Shown: positions 24,980 through 38,182 of the stretch, in pieces | Position numbering within the stretch: position 1 is the first letter of the stretch | How the letters are laid out: every line of letters starts with the position of its first letter | Position numbers and translations under genes: made by a program | Assembly (NCBI GenBank): GCA_951406725.2 | Contig: OX597838.1 | Location: 37,138,001-37,202,000 of the forward strand | DNA length: 64,000 nucleotides | Origin: Octopus vulgaris | Lineage: Eukaryota | Reading direction: 5' to 3' | The notes under the pieces: model-generated | The model's input: the letters and a program-made list of their open reading frames with translations, nothing else | What the model was told of the DNA's origin: nothing | Database searches by the model: none

Positions 24980-25420
24980 ATGCTTGTGTGTGTGTGTGAT
25001 TGAGTAGTGGGCGTGTGAGTGTGTGTGTATGTGTGTGCGTTTGTCTGTGCTTTCGTGTGATTAAGTGATGTGTGAGTATGTGCGTGTGTGTGTCTGTGTG
25101 TGTGTTTGTCTGTGCTTGTGTGTGATTAAGTGATGTGTGGGTGTGTGTGATAGTGTGGGTGTGTGTGTGTGTGTTGCACTTGTCTGGGTTTGTGTGTGAT
25201 TAAGCGGTGTATGTGTGTGTGTGTGTGTGTGTGTATATATTTGTGTGTGTATGTGCGTGTGTCCGCATGTCTGTGTCTGTGCCCGATTAAGTTGTGTGTT
25301 TGTGTGTGCTTGTCTGTGCTTATGTGTGATTAAGAGATGTGTGTGTGTGTATGCATGCACTTGTCTGGGTTTGTGCGTGATTAAGTGGTGTGTGTGTGTG
25401 TGTGTGTGTGTGTGTGATGC
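24980..25420. repeat. Compound GT repeat with a recurrent TTGTCTG(T/G)G.TT..GTGTGATTAAG core (~7 units)
   Basis: GATTAAG at ~25059, 25124, 25198, 25285, 25328 and 25379. Confidence 0.8.
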
Positions 25421-25547
25421 GTAGGTAACGAATGTCTGTTTGCTTAACACTTACCTCCCTTTGTCAGTTTGCAATGTAACGGTATTGACTTAGTGCTTTA
25501 CATTGATGCTCAAGCATAGATCGTGTTAAACAAATATATGCATACAG

Positions 25548-25594
<47 letters not shown>

Positions 25595-25693
25595 TGCGTG
25601 TATATTCACAAATGTGTACAAATGAAAACGAGCAAAGAAAAATAAAATCAGAGTGGCCTGTATTTGAACAGCAATCATGGAGAAGTATATATA

Positions 25694-25858
25694 GGCGCAG
25701 GAGTGGCTGTGTGGTAAGTAGCTTGTTTACTAACCACATGGTTCCGGGTTCAGTCCCACTGCGTGGCATCTTGGGTAAGTGTCTTCTGCTATAGCCCTGG
25801 GCCGACCAATGCCTTGTGAGTGGATTTGGGAGACGGAAACTGAAAGAAGCCCGTCATA

Positions 25859-25900
<42 letters not shown>

Positions 25901-26120
25901 TGTATGTGTTTGTGTGTCTGTGTTTGTCCCCCTAGCATTGCTTGACAACCGATGCTGGTGTGTTTATGTCCCTGTTACTTAGCGGTTCGGCAAAAGAGAC
26001 CGATAGAATAAGTACTGGACTTACAAAGAATAAGTCCCGGGGTCGATTTGCTCGACTAAAAGGCGGTGCTCCAGCATGGCCACAGTCAAATGACTGAAAC
26101 AAGTAAAAGAGAGTAAAGAG
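25694..26120 (+). mobile_element. SINE family A, full length
   Basis: Collinear with 2021-2445. Confidence 0.9.
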
Positions 26121-27017
26121 TATTTGTGCTTTCTGGCAAGCTGCAGAAAAAGTCTAAGCTTCAATAGGACACGATCTAAAAATCAAACACCGTTTTCATG
26201 CTGTTTGGTGTACAAAATATTGGTTATTTGCCAGTCGCCATGTGAACGATCAGTAAAATGTCTCACCTGAGATTAATTAATTTCAATACTTTTGCTCAAA
26301 TCTGATATTGTTTCCAGTCCAGACTTATTACCGACATCATATCGCACTTAATTAGCTTTTACAATGAAGCTGTCCCAAGCTGATTAGCAAAGTGTCATGC
26401 ACTGCCTCACTACATCCTCTTTGACCCCCATAGACATGCTGACTCCCTTATCTTTCTCCCTCTCTCCCCTTATCACTCTCTCTCCCCTCACCTCTGTCTC
26501 TTTCTTACCTGGTTGTATAATTAAGAAGCTTGCTTTTCAGTCGTTTGATTTTGATTTCAGTCTTAGTGAAGTGTCCCCTACTATAACCCTGCACTGTATT
26601 TGGTTGACGGAAATTCTGTGGAAACCCATTTCTTCTCTCTCTAACAAAGCCTCCAAAAATTCACCATGTATACACACACACACACACATACACAAATATA
26701 CATACACACACACACATATGCATTCAAAATAATAAAAACACCCTCTTCCACGTCTTTTTCATCTGGAACTTACATATACATAAAAGGCATGAATTTGCTG
26801 TAAATAAATCATTCATGATGAATCTCTCAAAGAGAGATGAAAGAGCTAATTGAATAATTATCCAAAATCCTGACTACCCACTTTTTCTAGATATATAAAA
26901 TCTGTATAGCACTTCAAACAATCTACATACACAGACATGCTTGTGTGCACACATACGTACATGCATACATACGTACATATAAACATACATACATACATAC
27001 ACACACACATATATATA

Positions 27018-27388
27018 AGGAGTGGCTGTGTGGTAAGTAGCTTGCTTACAAACCACATGGTTCCGGACTCAGTCACACTGCGTGGCACCTTGGGCAAGTG
27101 TCTTCTACTATAGCCTCGGGCCGACCAAAGCCTTCGAGTAGATTTGGTAGATAGAAACTGAAAGAAGCTCATTGTATATATGTGTGTGTGTGTTTGTTCC
27201 CCCAACATTGCTTGACAACCAATGCTGGTGTGTTTACATCTCCATAACTTAGCGGTTCAGCAAAAGAGACTGATAGAATAAGTACTAGGCTTACAAAGAA
27301 TAAGTCCTGGGGTCGATTTGCCCGACTAAAAGCTGTGCTCCAGCATGGCCAAAGTCAAATGACTAAAACAAATAAAAGAGTAAAAGAG
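27018..27388 (+). mobile_element. SINE family A
   Basis: Collinear with 2021-2445. Confidence 0.9.
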
Positions 27389-27422
<34 letters not shown>

Positions 27423-27855
27423 TACACATATATATACCCACATGTATGCACATAAACATATATATATACACACACACTCACACAACTGTATATAAGTGGA
27501 GGGGACTTGTTATTCATTCAGAAAGTGTCAGAATTTGTTCTCAGAGAATTTCCACGATTCCACCATCCCTGATTATAATCCCGTGAATCATTATATGTGG
27601 GGGTCACAGCTGCTTCACTTGTGACACCAAATCACTTTGGGTTCAATCCCATTGTGCTGCACCTTGGGCAAGTGTCTTCTTTTATAACCCTGGTCTGACC
27701 ATTGCCTTAAGAATGAATTTGGTTGACAGAAACTGCATGGATGCTTGTCATATTTGGGTGTGGAAACTGTGCAGAAACCAATCAGTTTGGTGTGGAAAAT
27801 ATGTGGAAGCCTTAAGAGTGAATCTGCTATGGAAACTGCATGGAAGCCTGTTGTA

Positions 27856-27891
<36 letters not shown>

Positions 27892-28439
27892 TGTATGTAT
27901 GTATGTATGTATGTATGTATGTATGTATGTATGTATGTATGTATGTATGTATGTATGTATGTATGTATGCATGCATGCATGCATGCATGCATGTATGTAT
28001 GTGTGTGTAAGTATGCGTGTGTACATGTATCTTTGTGGTTGTTCCCCCTCACCACTACTTGACAACCAGTGTTGGTTTGTTTATGTCTCCATTACTTAGT
28101 AGTTTGGCGAAAAAAAAGACTGGCAGATTAAGTACCAGACTTTAAAAAGAAAAATATAGTAGGGTTGATTCATTTGACTAAAGCCCTTGGTTGGATTGAG
28201 GCTATGGGGCTATAATAGAAGACACTTGCCCCAAGGTGAGATTGAACCCAAAACCATGCAGTTTAAAGCAAGCTCCTTAACCAATCGGCCAACCCTTGCA
28301 CAATATACTGATTCAGTATATTTTATTTGGTGGCAGGTTCTGCTCAGTCCTGGTTGACCTGGGGTTAAATAACAACATGAACAATCTGTTACTTCAACAC
28401 TTACTGTAGCAACATTGCAATGACTTCAAATCGTTGTAC

Positions 28440-29050
28440 TACTTCCATCACAACCACCACCACCACTCAACAACCACTTCCGACTACTACCACTACAACC
28501 ACCAACAAATACTACAACCACCACCATCACCACTACTACAACTGCCACCAGAAGCACCACTACCAATAACCACCACCACCACCACCACCTCAGTCGCTAT
28601 TAACTCCTACCTATGGCCCCCCCACCCCCCAACAACTAACTGGCACCAATTAGAAAAGCTTCCTCATTATGTCTCATAAGACCATGATGGCAGCAGCAGC
28701 AACCACCACCGCCACCACCACCACTACCGCCGCCATCTCCACCAGTGGCAGCAGAACTTTCACTTTCACTTTTACCACAGTCACCGGCTACACCACCATC
28801 GTCACCGCCACAACACCACCACCATACCATCATCACCGCCACTACCGCCATCGTCACAACCACCACCGTCACCACTACCACCACTAATACCATTACCACA
28901 AATTAATAACTTGTTGCTACCTGTCTCATTACTGTTAACAATCATTAACAACCGTTGCTATTACTAACCACCAATTAATGACGCCAAACTACTACTAACC
29001 ACAACCACCACCACCACTACATCCACTAACCATTACCATATGACCAACCA
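28440..29050. repeat. Degenerate (ACC)/(ACT)n low-complexity tract
   Basis: Read directly from the sequence. Confidence 0.85.
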
Positions 29051-29161
29051 CGAGCTTCACTGTCAGTCCCTCCCCTCCATCCAACCACACCACTAATGAG
29101 AAATCCTCCATGAAGTCATGTGACTTGCAAACACATACATAAAGATTCATATATCTCTTGT

Positions 29162-29785
29162 ACTCTTTTACACGTTTCAGTCATTTGACTGTGGCCATGC
29201 TGGAGCACTGCTTTTAGTGGAGCAAATTGACCCCAGGACTTACTTATTCGTTGTAAGCCTAGTACATATCCTATTGGTCCCTTTCGCCGAACTGCTAAGG
29301 GATGTAAACACACCAGCATCGGTTGTCAAGCGACAGTGAGGGGACAGGCACAAAGACACACACACGCATAAATAGATACACACACACATAAATATATTTC
29401 TTTACTACTCACAAGGGGCTAAACATAGAGGGGACAAACAAGGACAGACATATGAATTAAGTCGATTACATCGACTCCAGTGCGTAACTGGTACTTAATG
29501 TATCGACCCCGAAAGGATGAAAGGCAAAGTCGACCTCAGTGGAATTTGAACTCAGAACGTAATGGCAGACGAAATACCGCTACGCATTTCGCCCATCGTG
29601 CTAACGGTTCTGCCAGCTCGCCGCCTTTTACACACATAAATAGATATACACACACACACACACACATATACACAGTAGGCTTCTTTCAGTTTCCATCTAC
29701 TAAATCCACTTTCAAGGCTTTGGTCGGCCCAAGGCTGTAGTAGAAGACACTTGCCCAAGGTACCACACAGTGGAACTGAACCCGA
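29162..29785 (-). mobile_element. SINE family A split by a family B insertion
   Basis: A tail at 29162-29350 and A head part at 29678-29785. Confidence 0.8.
29395..29627 (-). mobile_element. SINE family B (tail type 1) nested in the family A microsatellite
   Basis: Reverse complement of 4954-5184; flanks share ACACATAAATA. Confidence 0.85.
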
Positions 29786-30138
29786 AATCAAATAAAGTGT
29801 GTGTGGTGTGTGTGTGTATAAATTTGTAGTGTAATGTATGGATTTGTAGAATCCTTTGGCTATCACAGGGAACTCTTCTAATGGACTTGGCTAACACACA
29901 CACACACGCACGCATATATGCAAACATTCATACATATGTGCCCACACAGACGTATAAATCTCACTGGCTTTTGTATAGATTCCATTTATCAAATTCCCTC
30001 AAGAAGCATTGTTTGGCCTGGAGGTTCAATAGAAGTTATTGCCCAAGGCACCAATCTGCCACACAACACAATAGGACTGAACCCAAAACCTCAGCTTAGG
30101 AAACAATCTTCTTGACCACACGGCCATCCCACACACAT

Positions 30139-30532
<394 letters not shown>

Positions 30533-30551
30533 GGATATATATATATATATA

Positions 30552-30668
30552 TGCAGTTAAGTATATGTCTGGTCATAGAGTGACCAATGGTTTCACATCC
30601 ATAAAGGTCTTAGCCCCATGGATTCAAAACCATCGGTCACTCTGTGAACGGATTTAGACTTATCTGCA
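30552..30668. other. Imperfect ~117-nt hairpin
   Basis: Arms of ~51 bp with about 11 mismatches and a ~15-nt loop. Confidence 0.7.
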
Positions 30669-30740
30669 AACAAATACATTACTGCTCAATGCTTTTAGAG
30701 TGTGCTTCTTTCTCGGATATGTGATACGCTGACAATATAT

Positions 30741-30825
<85 letters not shown>

Positions 30826-31410
30826 AGTGTGTGTAGCTTCGTGTCATCTTACCACACTACTCCACACCAGAAGTCTCACCATATTTACACCACATTACTG
30901 TTATGTACACTACGACACCACCACTGCCGCCACCACCACACAACACATCCACCACCACCACCACCACCACCACCACCACCACCTCCTCCTCCACCACCAC
31001 CACCACCACCACCGCCACCAGCCCTCTGCATTCACAACCACTTCATATCTTCTAAACATCAAAAGCCAAGTTACTTGGCAGTTTATTTGTACAGTGACTG
31101 CATTGAATACTCAGGAAATGAAATATGTGGAGCCAAACAGATAACCACTACCAAGATATGATCACTGTGTCGGTCTGTCTATCTTTCTGGCTGGCTATCT
31201 TCCGCCCAGATCTATCTGTCTGTCTTTAACCACCAACAATCTTCTGTCCAGATCTCTCTTTCGCTGTTCCTGATATATCTGTCGTTAACCACTGACAGTC
31301 TTCTTCAGATCAGTGAGTTATATATTCGTGATATTTGCATCATACAAGCATACATCATACACACACGTGTGTGTGTGTGTGTGTGTATATATATGTATAT
31401 ATACATATAT

Positions 31411-31465
<55 letters not shown>

Positions 31466-31675
31466 AACATGCTCACACAAACACACACACCCACACATAT
31501 ATATATACATATATAGATACATAGATATATATATACATATATATATGTATATATATGCATATATAAGTATATATGTGTATACATATATATATATGACTGT
31601 ATACGATTAATGTGTACATATATATAAATATATATACATATATCTATATCTATCTATCTATATATATATATATAT

Positions 31676-31706
<31 letters not shown>

Positions 31707-31921
31707 TTACATACATGTATGTATATGCATAAAAGTGTTTTTTATCAATATTTGGCAGAAGTTACAGATTGACTCAAGGGCCGAGAATTCTATGCATTAG
31801 CATTTATCAAGCGTATTGCCAGACCTGTATATATCTATGTATATATTTATGTTAATGTGTGTGTGTGTGTGTGTCAATGTATAAGATATACACTCAGTAT
31901 TATATATATCTGTATATAATC

Positions 31922-32128
31922 TTTATTCTTTACTCTACTTGTTTCAGTCATTTGACTCTGGCCATGCTGGATCACCGCCTTTAGTTGAGCAAATCGACTC
32001 CAGGACTTATTCTTTGTAAGCCTAGTACTTATTCTATTGGTCTCTTTTGCCAAACCGCTAAATTATGGGGACGTAAACACACCAGCATCGGTTGTCAAAC
32101 GATGTTGGGGTGACAAACAGACACACAA

Positions 32129-32161
<33 letters not shown>

Positions 32162-32325
32162 CCTATACATATATACGACGGGCTTCTTTCAGTTTCCGTC
32201 TACCTTATCCACTCACAAGGCTTTGGTCACCCCGAGGCTATAGTAGAAGACATTTGCCCAAAGTGCCACGCAGTGGGACTGAACCCGGAACCATGTGGTT
32301 GGTAAGCAAGCTACTTACCACACAG
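31922..32325 (-). mobile_element. SINE family A
   Basis: Reverse complement of the family consensus. Confidence 0.9.
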
Positions 32326-33399
32326 CGATGCATGAGAAAAGGAATTTGTTTTGCTTTTGAGTGCAAATATGTGAAAGTAAGCAATCAAGACTTAGGGATC
32401 TAAAGAAATTGATGCCGAATGAGGACGTAGAGGTATCTGCATTGCATTGAAAGAAAGCTGCTTTATTGTGAAAAGCGCCATCTCTGTAATATTTGGGCAG
32501 ACTGCACACTTCAGCTAATATTCAGTGAAGCCCGCAATTCTTCTGGGTATACTATGTCTTCCGTCTCCCCAGTGTTGGTAGAATAAATAAACACAGGACC
32601 CTTCTTTGCTCTGTTGTCATATTTTGCAAATACGCAAAATTTCCTTTGCTGGGAAAATTTGAAGAATGGCACAATACTTACTCTCTCTTTATTTCTAACA
32701 AAACAGACCCCTGTTGTTTTTTTTTTTTAGAAATAAGAGTGACCCCTAGCAAGAAGATCACAATCAAATCAAAATTTGAATTGCACACTTTGTGGACAAG
32801 TTTTCAGGTTTTGATACTCTATCTGCTGTAATTTAAAGGTGTTACAGATAATTTATTTTCGTAACATAATTCTCTGTTAGTAAATGTTTTTTCTCACAAC
32901 AATTTAAAGGTATGTTAGAGATAATATATTTTAATAACATAATTTTCTGCTGGTAAATGATTTTGTCTAACGCAAACACCCAACAATTTTGATTTCAAAG
33001 TATTTAAGAAATTATTTGGAAATTATAAAGAGAAACGAATGGCAGAATCGGATTGTCCACATTTTAAAACCAAAGATTTAAAAAGAAAAAAAAAAAAATT
33101 GAAAGACAATGGAAAGTTTTGAAATTGTAGTGGTATGGGGATGGCGGAGAAGATTTTTAAAATATTTTTTTTTTATTGGATAATCGTATTAATTCCATTA
33201 TCTAAGTGAAAAAAGTTTGTGAAAATTCTTAAAAATAAAAACGTTATGAGTTTTAGTATGTACTTCATTCAGAACTCTGTTAACGTTTTTTTATTTTGTA
33301 ATTCAAATTTGTGATGAGCATGTTTAAAAACCTGATCTTTGATATAAATTTAAATGGAAGTTTTTCTCAGAAATTGTATCATTCAGCTGTTGTTTCTAG

Positions 33400-34195
33400 C
33401 ATGGCAGAGGTTTCATCTGCATCTCCCTTTTTCTTTTTTTTTTTGAAACTCCTTTTGGGTTCCTATGTTTTCGCTATCAGAGATTTGGATTTTGCCCTAA
33501 AAAAGACCTTTTCAAAATTTTACTTCCCCCACTCCCCATCCTAATTTTTAAACTTTTTTCGAAACTTTTTTGGTAATCAATTTGGAAAAACAGAAATTAT
33601 GAATCTTTTAAAATTTTGTTTTTTAATTTTTCTTAAAGAAACACTTAAATCCCTTTCTCCAACCTCCACCCATCATCTCCCCATTTTCAAAAAGCTAAAA
33701 ATGTCAGAATGATTCACTTTTATCTTTTATGAAAGTGGGGAAGTTCTTTCAGAAATAATGTCATCCAGCTGTTGTCTCTAGCATATCGGGTTTTCTGGTG
33801 ATGGTTTGATATTTTTAACGTCTGCCATTTCAGTAGAATCCTATGCATGCATGAAACATCAGACGAAAGGGAAACATCCTGAGGTTTTAGCTTTTTGAAA
33901 GCAGAGAGGTGATGGGTGGGCAAGGTGGGGGAAGGGGCATTGAGTGTTTTAAGAAAATTAAAATTAAAAAAAAATTCAGATTTGTAACCTTTGTGTTTTT
34001 CTATGTGGATTAAAAGAAAATTGGAAAAAAACTTAAGAATTAAGAAATTGAGGTGGGGCAAGGGGGAAATTAAAATTTCGAAAACGTGATTTTGGGGGAA
34101 AATCATAGTTTCCTATATCGCAAACATAGAAATCTGAAGAAATATTTTGAAAAAAATAAAAAAGCAGAAGTGGATGGTACAGAAAATCTGCCAGT
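33400..34195. repeat. Old long imperfect inverted repeat (probable DNA-transposon relic)
   Basis: ~33400-33730 aligns by eye to the reverse complement of ~33850-34195. Confidence 0.55.
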
Positions 34196-34860
34196 AATTG
34201 TGCCAAAAAAGCATGGATTTAGGTTATTCTCCGTTGACAAATAGGGTTTTGTGCATCACAAATGCATTCATAACTCTCCTTGTACATTGCTGCATTTTTT
34301 GACATCAAAACCATTAAAATTCGCAACGTACATTAAAAGCAAATCAGAATATTACCTGAAAATGACTTCAAAATTGTGTGACCCGACCTTGTTTTTGAGG
34401 TTAGTTTTGTAGTAAAAAAGAGTTGGTGTGCAATCTTTTGATACCTCATACATCAAAATTGGCAACTCAGTTTTCCAACCCACAAGACTTTGGTTGGTCT
34501 GAGACAATAGTAGAAGACACTTGCCCAAGGTGCCATCATCATCATCATCTTTTGATGTCTGTTTTCCATGATGACTTGGGTTGGATGGTTTGGCAGGAGC
34601 TGGGAAGGCACAAGACTCCTACTTTTTTGAATTGCAAAGTCTTTGATCAGATCCTCAAAATTAATCTTAGGCAACACATCTGCATCTATACTTAGTAGAG
34701 ATAAAGGCATCCCGAATGTTATTTTAGCAAGTTGAAAGTAATTTCTTTTGTGCTGTAAACCATATATCATTTCTGTGGTGCCCCCTTATTTTTTAGCGGT
34801 CAACAAAGTAAAATCTAAGGATCCATGAACCGAATTTAAAATGCATTAAGCAGGTAGACA

Positions 34861-35021
34861 GCGCAGGAGTGGCTGTGTGGTAAGTAGCTTGCTAACCAGC
34901 CACATGGTTCTGGGTTCAGTCCCACTGCGTGGCATCTTGGGCATGTGTCTTCTGCTATAGCCCCGGGCCGACCAATGCCTTGTGAGTGGATTTGGTAGAC
35001 GGAAACTGAAAGAAGCCTGTC

Positions 35022-35063
<42 letters not shown>

Positions 35064-35270
35064 TTGTATTTGTCCCCCTAGCATTGCTTGACAACCGATG
35101 CTGGTGTGTTTACGTTCCCGTCATTTAGTGGTTCGGCACAAAGAGACCGATAGAATAAGTACTGGGCTTACAAAAGAATAAGTCCCGGGTTCGATTTACT
35201 CGACTAAAAGGCGGTGCTCCAGCATGGCCACAGTCAAATGACTGAAACATGTAAAAAGAAAAAAGAAAAA
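34861..35270 (+). mobile_element. SINE family A, full length
   Basis: Collinear with 2021-2445. Confidence 0.9.
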
Positions 35271-35706
35271 AAAAGAGAGAGACAGACAGACTGACCTTTC
35301 AAAAGACCTTTCCAACCCATGGGAAAATACGTTGATATAAAAAAAAGGGGGCATCAGGTCCTTTCTTAGCAGTGAAAATGTTTGGAATCGTAATTGTCAT
35401 GGAAAAAAGAAACACTGCTTCATAATTTTCCCCATTTCTTCATTTTGTTGAAAACCGATACTTTGAATTATTAATTGCTGTCATAAAGAGTTAAGCAGAC
35501 AATATTTCGCCTGCGTGGAGATATTTAATATCAATGACACCTTTGGGGTTACAAATATTGCATGTCATCACCTTGCTGGTAATTAATTCTGTCATTATTG
35601 ATTTGAGAGTAAGTGGAGATCCTTTAAAGCACCTCTCAGTTTCACTGTTGCATCCTTGTCTGCTGGATCACATCCATAAATCAGGGTCTTATAATTATTT
35701 TCTATA

Positions 35707-35862
35707 GGCATAAGAGTGGCTGTGTGGTTAAGTAGCTTGCTTACGAACCACATGGTTCCGGGTTCAGTCCCACTGCGTGGCACCTTGGGCGAGTGTCTTC
35801 TGCTATAGCCTCAGGCTGACCAAAGCCTTGTGAGTGGATTTGAAACTGAAAGAAGCCTGCCG
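35707..35862 (+). mobile_element. SINE family A 5' half fused to H1
   Basis: Ends where the internal microsatellite normally starts. Confidence 0.8.
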
Positions 35863-36072
35863 TCAAAATGTGACCTCGTGTGTACCGTTGGCGATTTTTT
35901 TCCTCTGTCTTCCCTTCTCGGAATCTTTCCTTCTCCTATGTTTCCGATGAAGAGCTCCGCTCGAAACGTTAAACCCTCCTTCTTCCCTTCTTTCCTGAGC
36001 GTCCAATAATACTATATTTGTTCCATGTCCTGGCGTTGTTGTGTTTTTTTGTGCTTTCTTGTTTGGATTAAC
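35863..36072 (+). mobile_element. Hammerhead-bearing short element H1 (longest copy)
   Basis: Matches 6304-6495 and 3712-3861; 3' end runs into (TA)n. Confidence 0.8.
35940..35974 (+). ncRNA. Minimal type I hammerhead ribozyme-like motif (U4C variant)
   Basis: GTTT-CCGATGA-A-GAGC-TCC-GCTC-GAAA-CGTT-AAAC. Confidence 0.65.
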
Positions 36073-36118
36073 TATATATATATATATATATATATAAAGA
36101 TATAGATATATATATATA

Positions 36119-36522
36119 GGTGGTGTAGGAGAGGCTATTTGGTAAGTAGCTTGCTTATGAACTACATGATTCCGGGTTCAGTCCCACAGCATGGCACCTT
36201 GGGCAAGTGTCTTGTACTATAGCCTCAGGCTGACCAAAGCCTTGTGAGTGGATTTTGTAGACGGAAACTGAAAGAAGCCCATCGTATATATGTATATACA
36301 TATGTATATGTACTTGTATGTGTATATGTTTGTGTGTCTGTGTTTGTCCCCCCACCATTGCTTGACAACTGATGCTGGTGTGTTTATGTCCCCATAACTA
36401 AGCGGTTCAGCAAGAGAGACCAATAGAATAAGTACTAGGCTTACAACGAATAAATTCTGGGGTCGATTTGCTTGATTAAAGGCGGTGCTCCAGCATGACT
36501 GAAACAAATAAAATAAAATAAA
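36119..36522 (+). mobile_element. SINE family A
   Basis: Collinear with the family consensus. Confidence 0.85.
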
Positions 36523-36845
36523 AGTGTGTGTGTGTGTATTTGCTTCTTTGTCCTGACAATGTTGTAAGTGAACGTCATTCATTTCTAATATTCTGTGAAA
36601 ACATTTTTTAATATTCCCACTGTGGGGGAATATTACCTTGCTTGGGAACATTTAAGGGATCAGTGATAGGAAGGGCATTTGGCTGTAGAGAATCTGCCTC
36701 AATAAATGCCATCTGACAACTGCAAGCCTGGGAGAGGGACGTTGATGATGGTGGTAGTGGTGGTGGTGATGAGGATGATGACAGTGATAATGATGATGAT
36801 GTCTATGACGACAACGATGACAACATCTGAGATTACAAAGTTTCT

Positions 36846-37079
36846 TATTTCTTTATTGCCCGCAAAGGTCTAAACATAGAGGGGACAAACAAGGACAGAC
36901 AAAGGGAGTAAGTCGATTACATCGACCCCCGTGCATAATTGGTACTTATTTAATCAACCGCGAAAAGATGAAAGGCAAAGTCAACCTCAGCGGAACTTGA
37001 ACTCAGAACGTAACAGGAAATGAAATACCGCTAAGCATTTTGCCCAGTGTGCTAACATTTCTGCCAGCTCGCCGCCTTT
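36846..37079 (-). mobile_element. SINE family B (tail type 1)
   Basis: Long TSD CTGA..TTACAAAGTTTCTT on both sides. Confidence 0.85.
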
Positions 37080-38182
37080 GTAAACTGAATTTACAAAGTT
37101 TCTTGGTGATCATTTGACCTGCTAAAAATACCAGTCAAATATCATTTTTCTGAGATTACATTTCAGTGCTTTAAATTTAGAAAACAACAAAAGGAAAAGC
37201 AAAATAAAACCCCTAGATATTTTAGATAAATGTTGTTAGAAATAAAGCGTCTGCGTAACAAAAAAATAGGAAAAGAAAAGAAAAAGGGAAAAATTTTTAA
37301 ATAACAAGATGATCATGACGACAATTCTTTTGATCACAGTTCAGATCGATCAGGGTTGACTCGGGGCTAAACAATAGAAAACTCCTGCAGAAATATATTC
37401 GTCTTTTCAAGAACTGAAGAACTTCCTCAAAAGAGGAAAATGTTCAATGTTAACCTTTGAACTTTTATTCTTACTAAAAGACCAACTGACTGACTGACTG
37501 ACCAACAAACAAACCAACCAACCATATTTATTTATTTGTTTATTTATTTATTTTATTTATTTACTTTGTGTCATTTATTTACTTTGTGTCATTTATATTG
37601 TGTGAACAATAGCGTTATTGGTACTGGTTTCTGACAGGCAAATCAATGGTTTGTTGTATCTATAACAATGACAAGGGAATTTCTATGCAACTCGGGCTGA
37701 ACAAATATGACAAGGATTTTTGCCTGAAAGTAACAATTTTTTTTTTTTTCAAATTTTTTCTCAGTAATATTTTGTTTCTCATTGGTTTAGAACTATAGGT
37801 CCAAGTAGTTGCTCAACTTGCTAAAAATAACACCCACATCTTCCTCAAATCAACCCTTGACTGCCTAAACCCCTTTTGCAAGCAAATGATTTTTAAAATC
37901 TTTGTGGTGTGGATAAATAAGAAAGCAAGCTGGCAGAATTGCTAACACATTAGAAAAAAATGCTTAACACCACTTCTTCCCACTGTTTAAGTTCTAAGTT
38001 CAAATCCTTTCTGCAGTCATCTTTGCATTTTATCTCTTCTGGGCCAACAAAATAAAGAGCCAGTCAAGCACTGGGGGTTGATGTAATAAACATGCCCCCT
38101 TCTGTCAGAATTGTTGTGATCTTGGTTATTTATACATCATGGACTATTTGCTTTGAGTGGTTCCAAATTGAATGTTGCTGAA

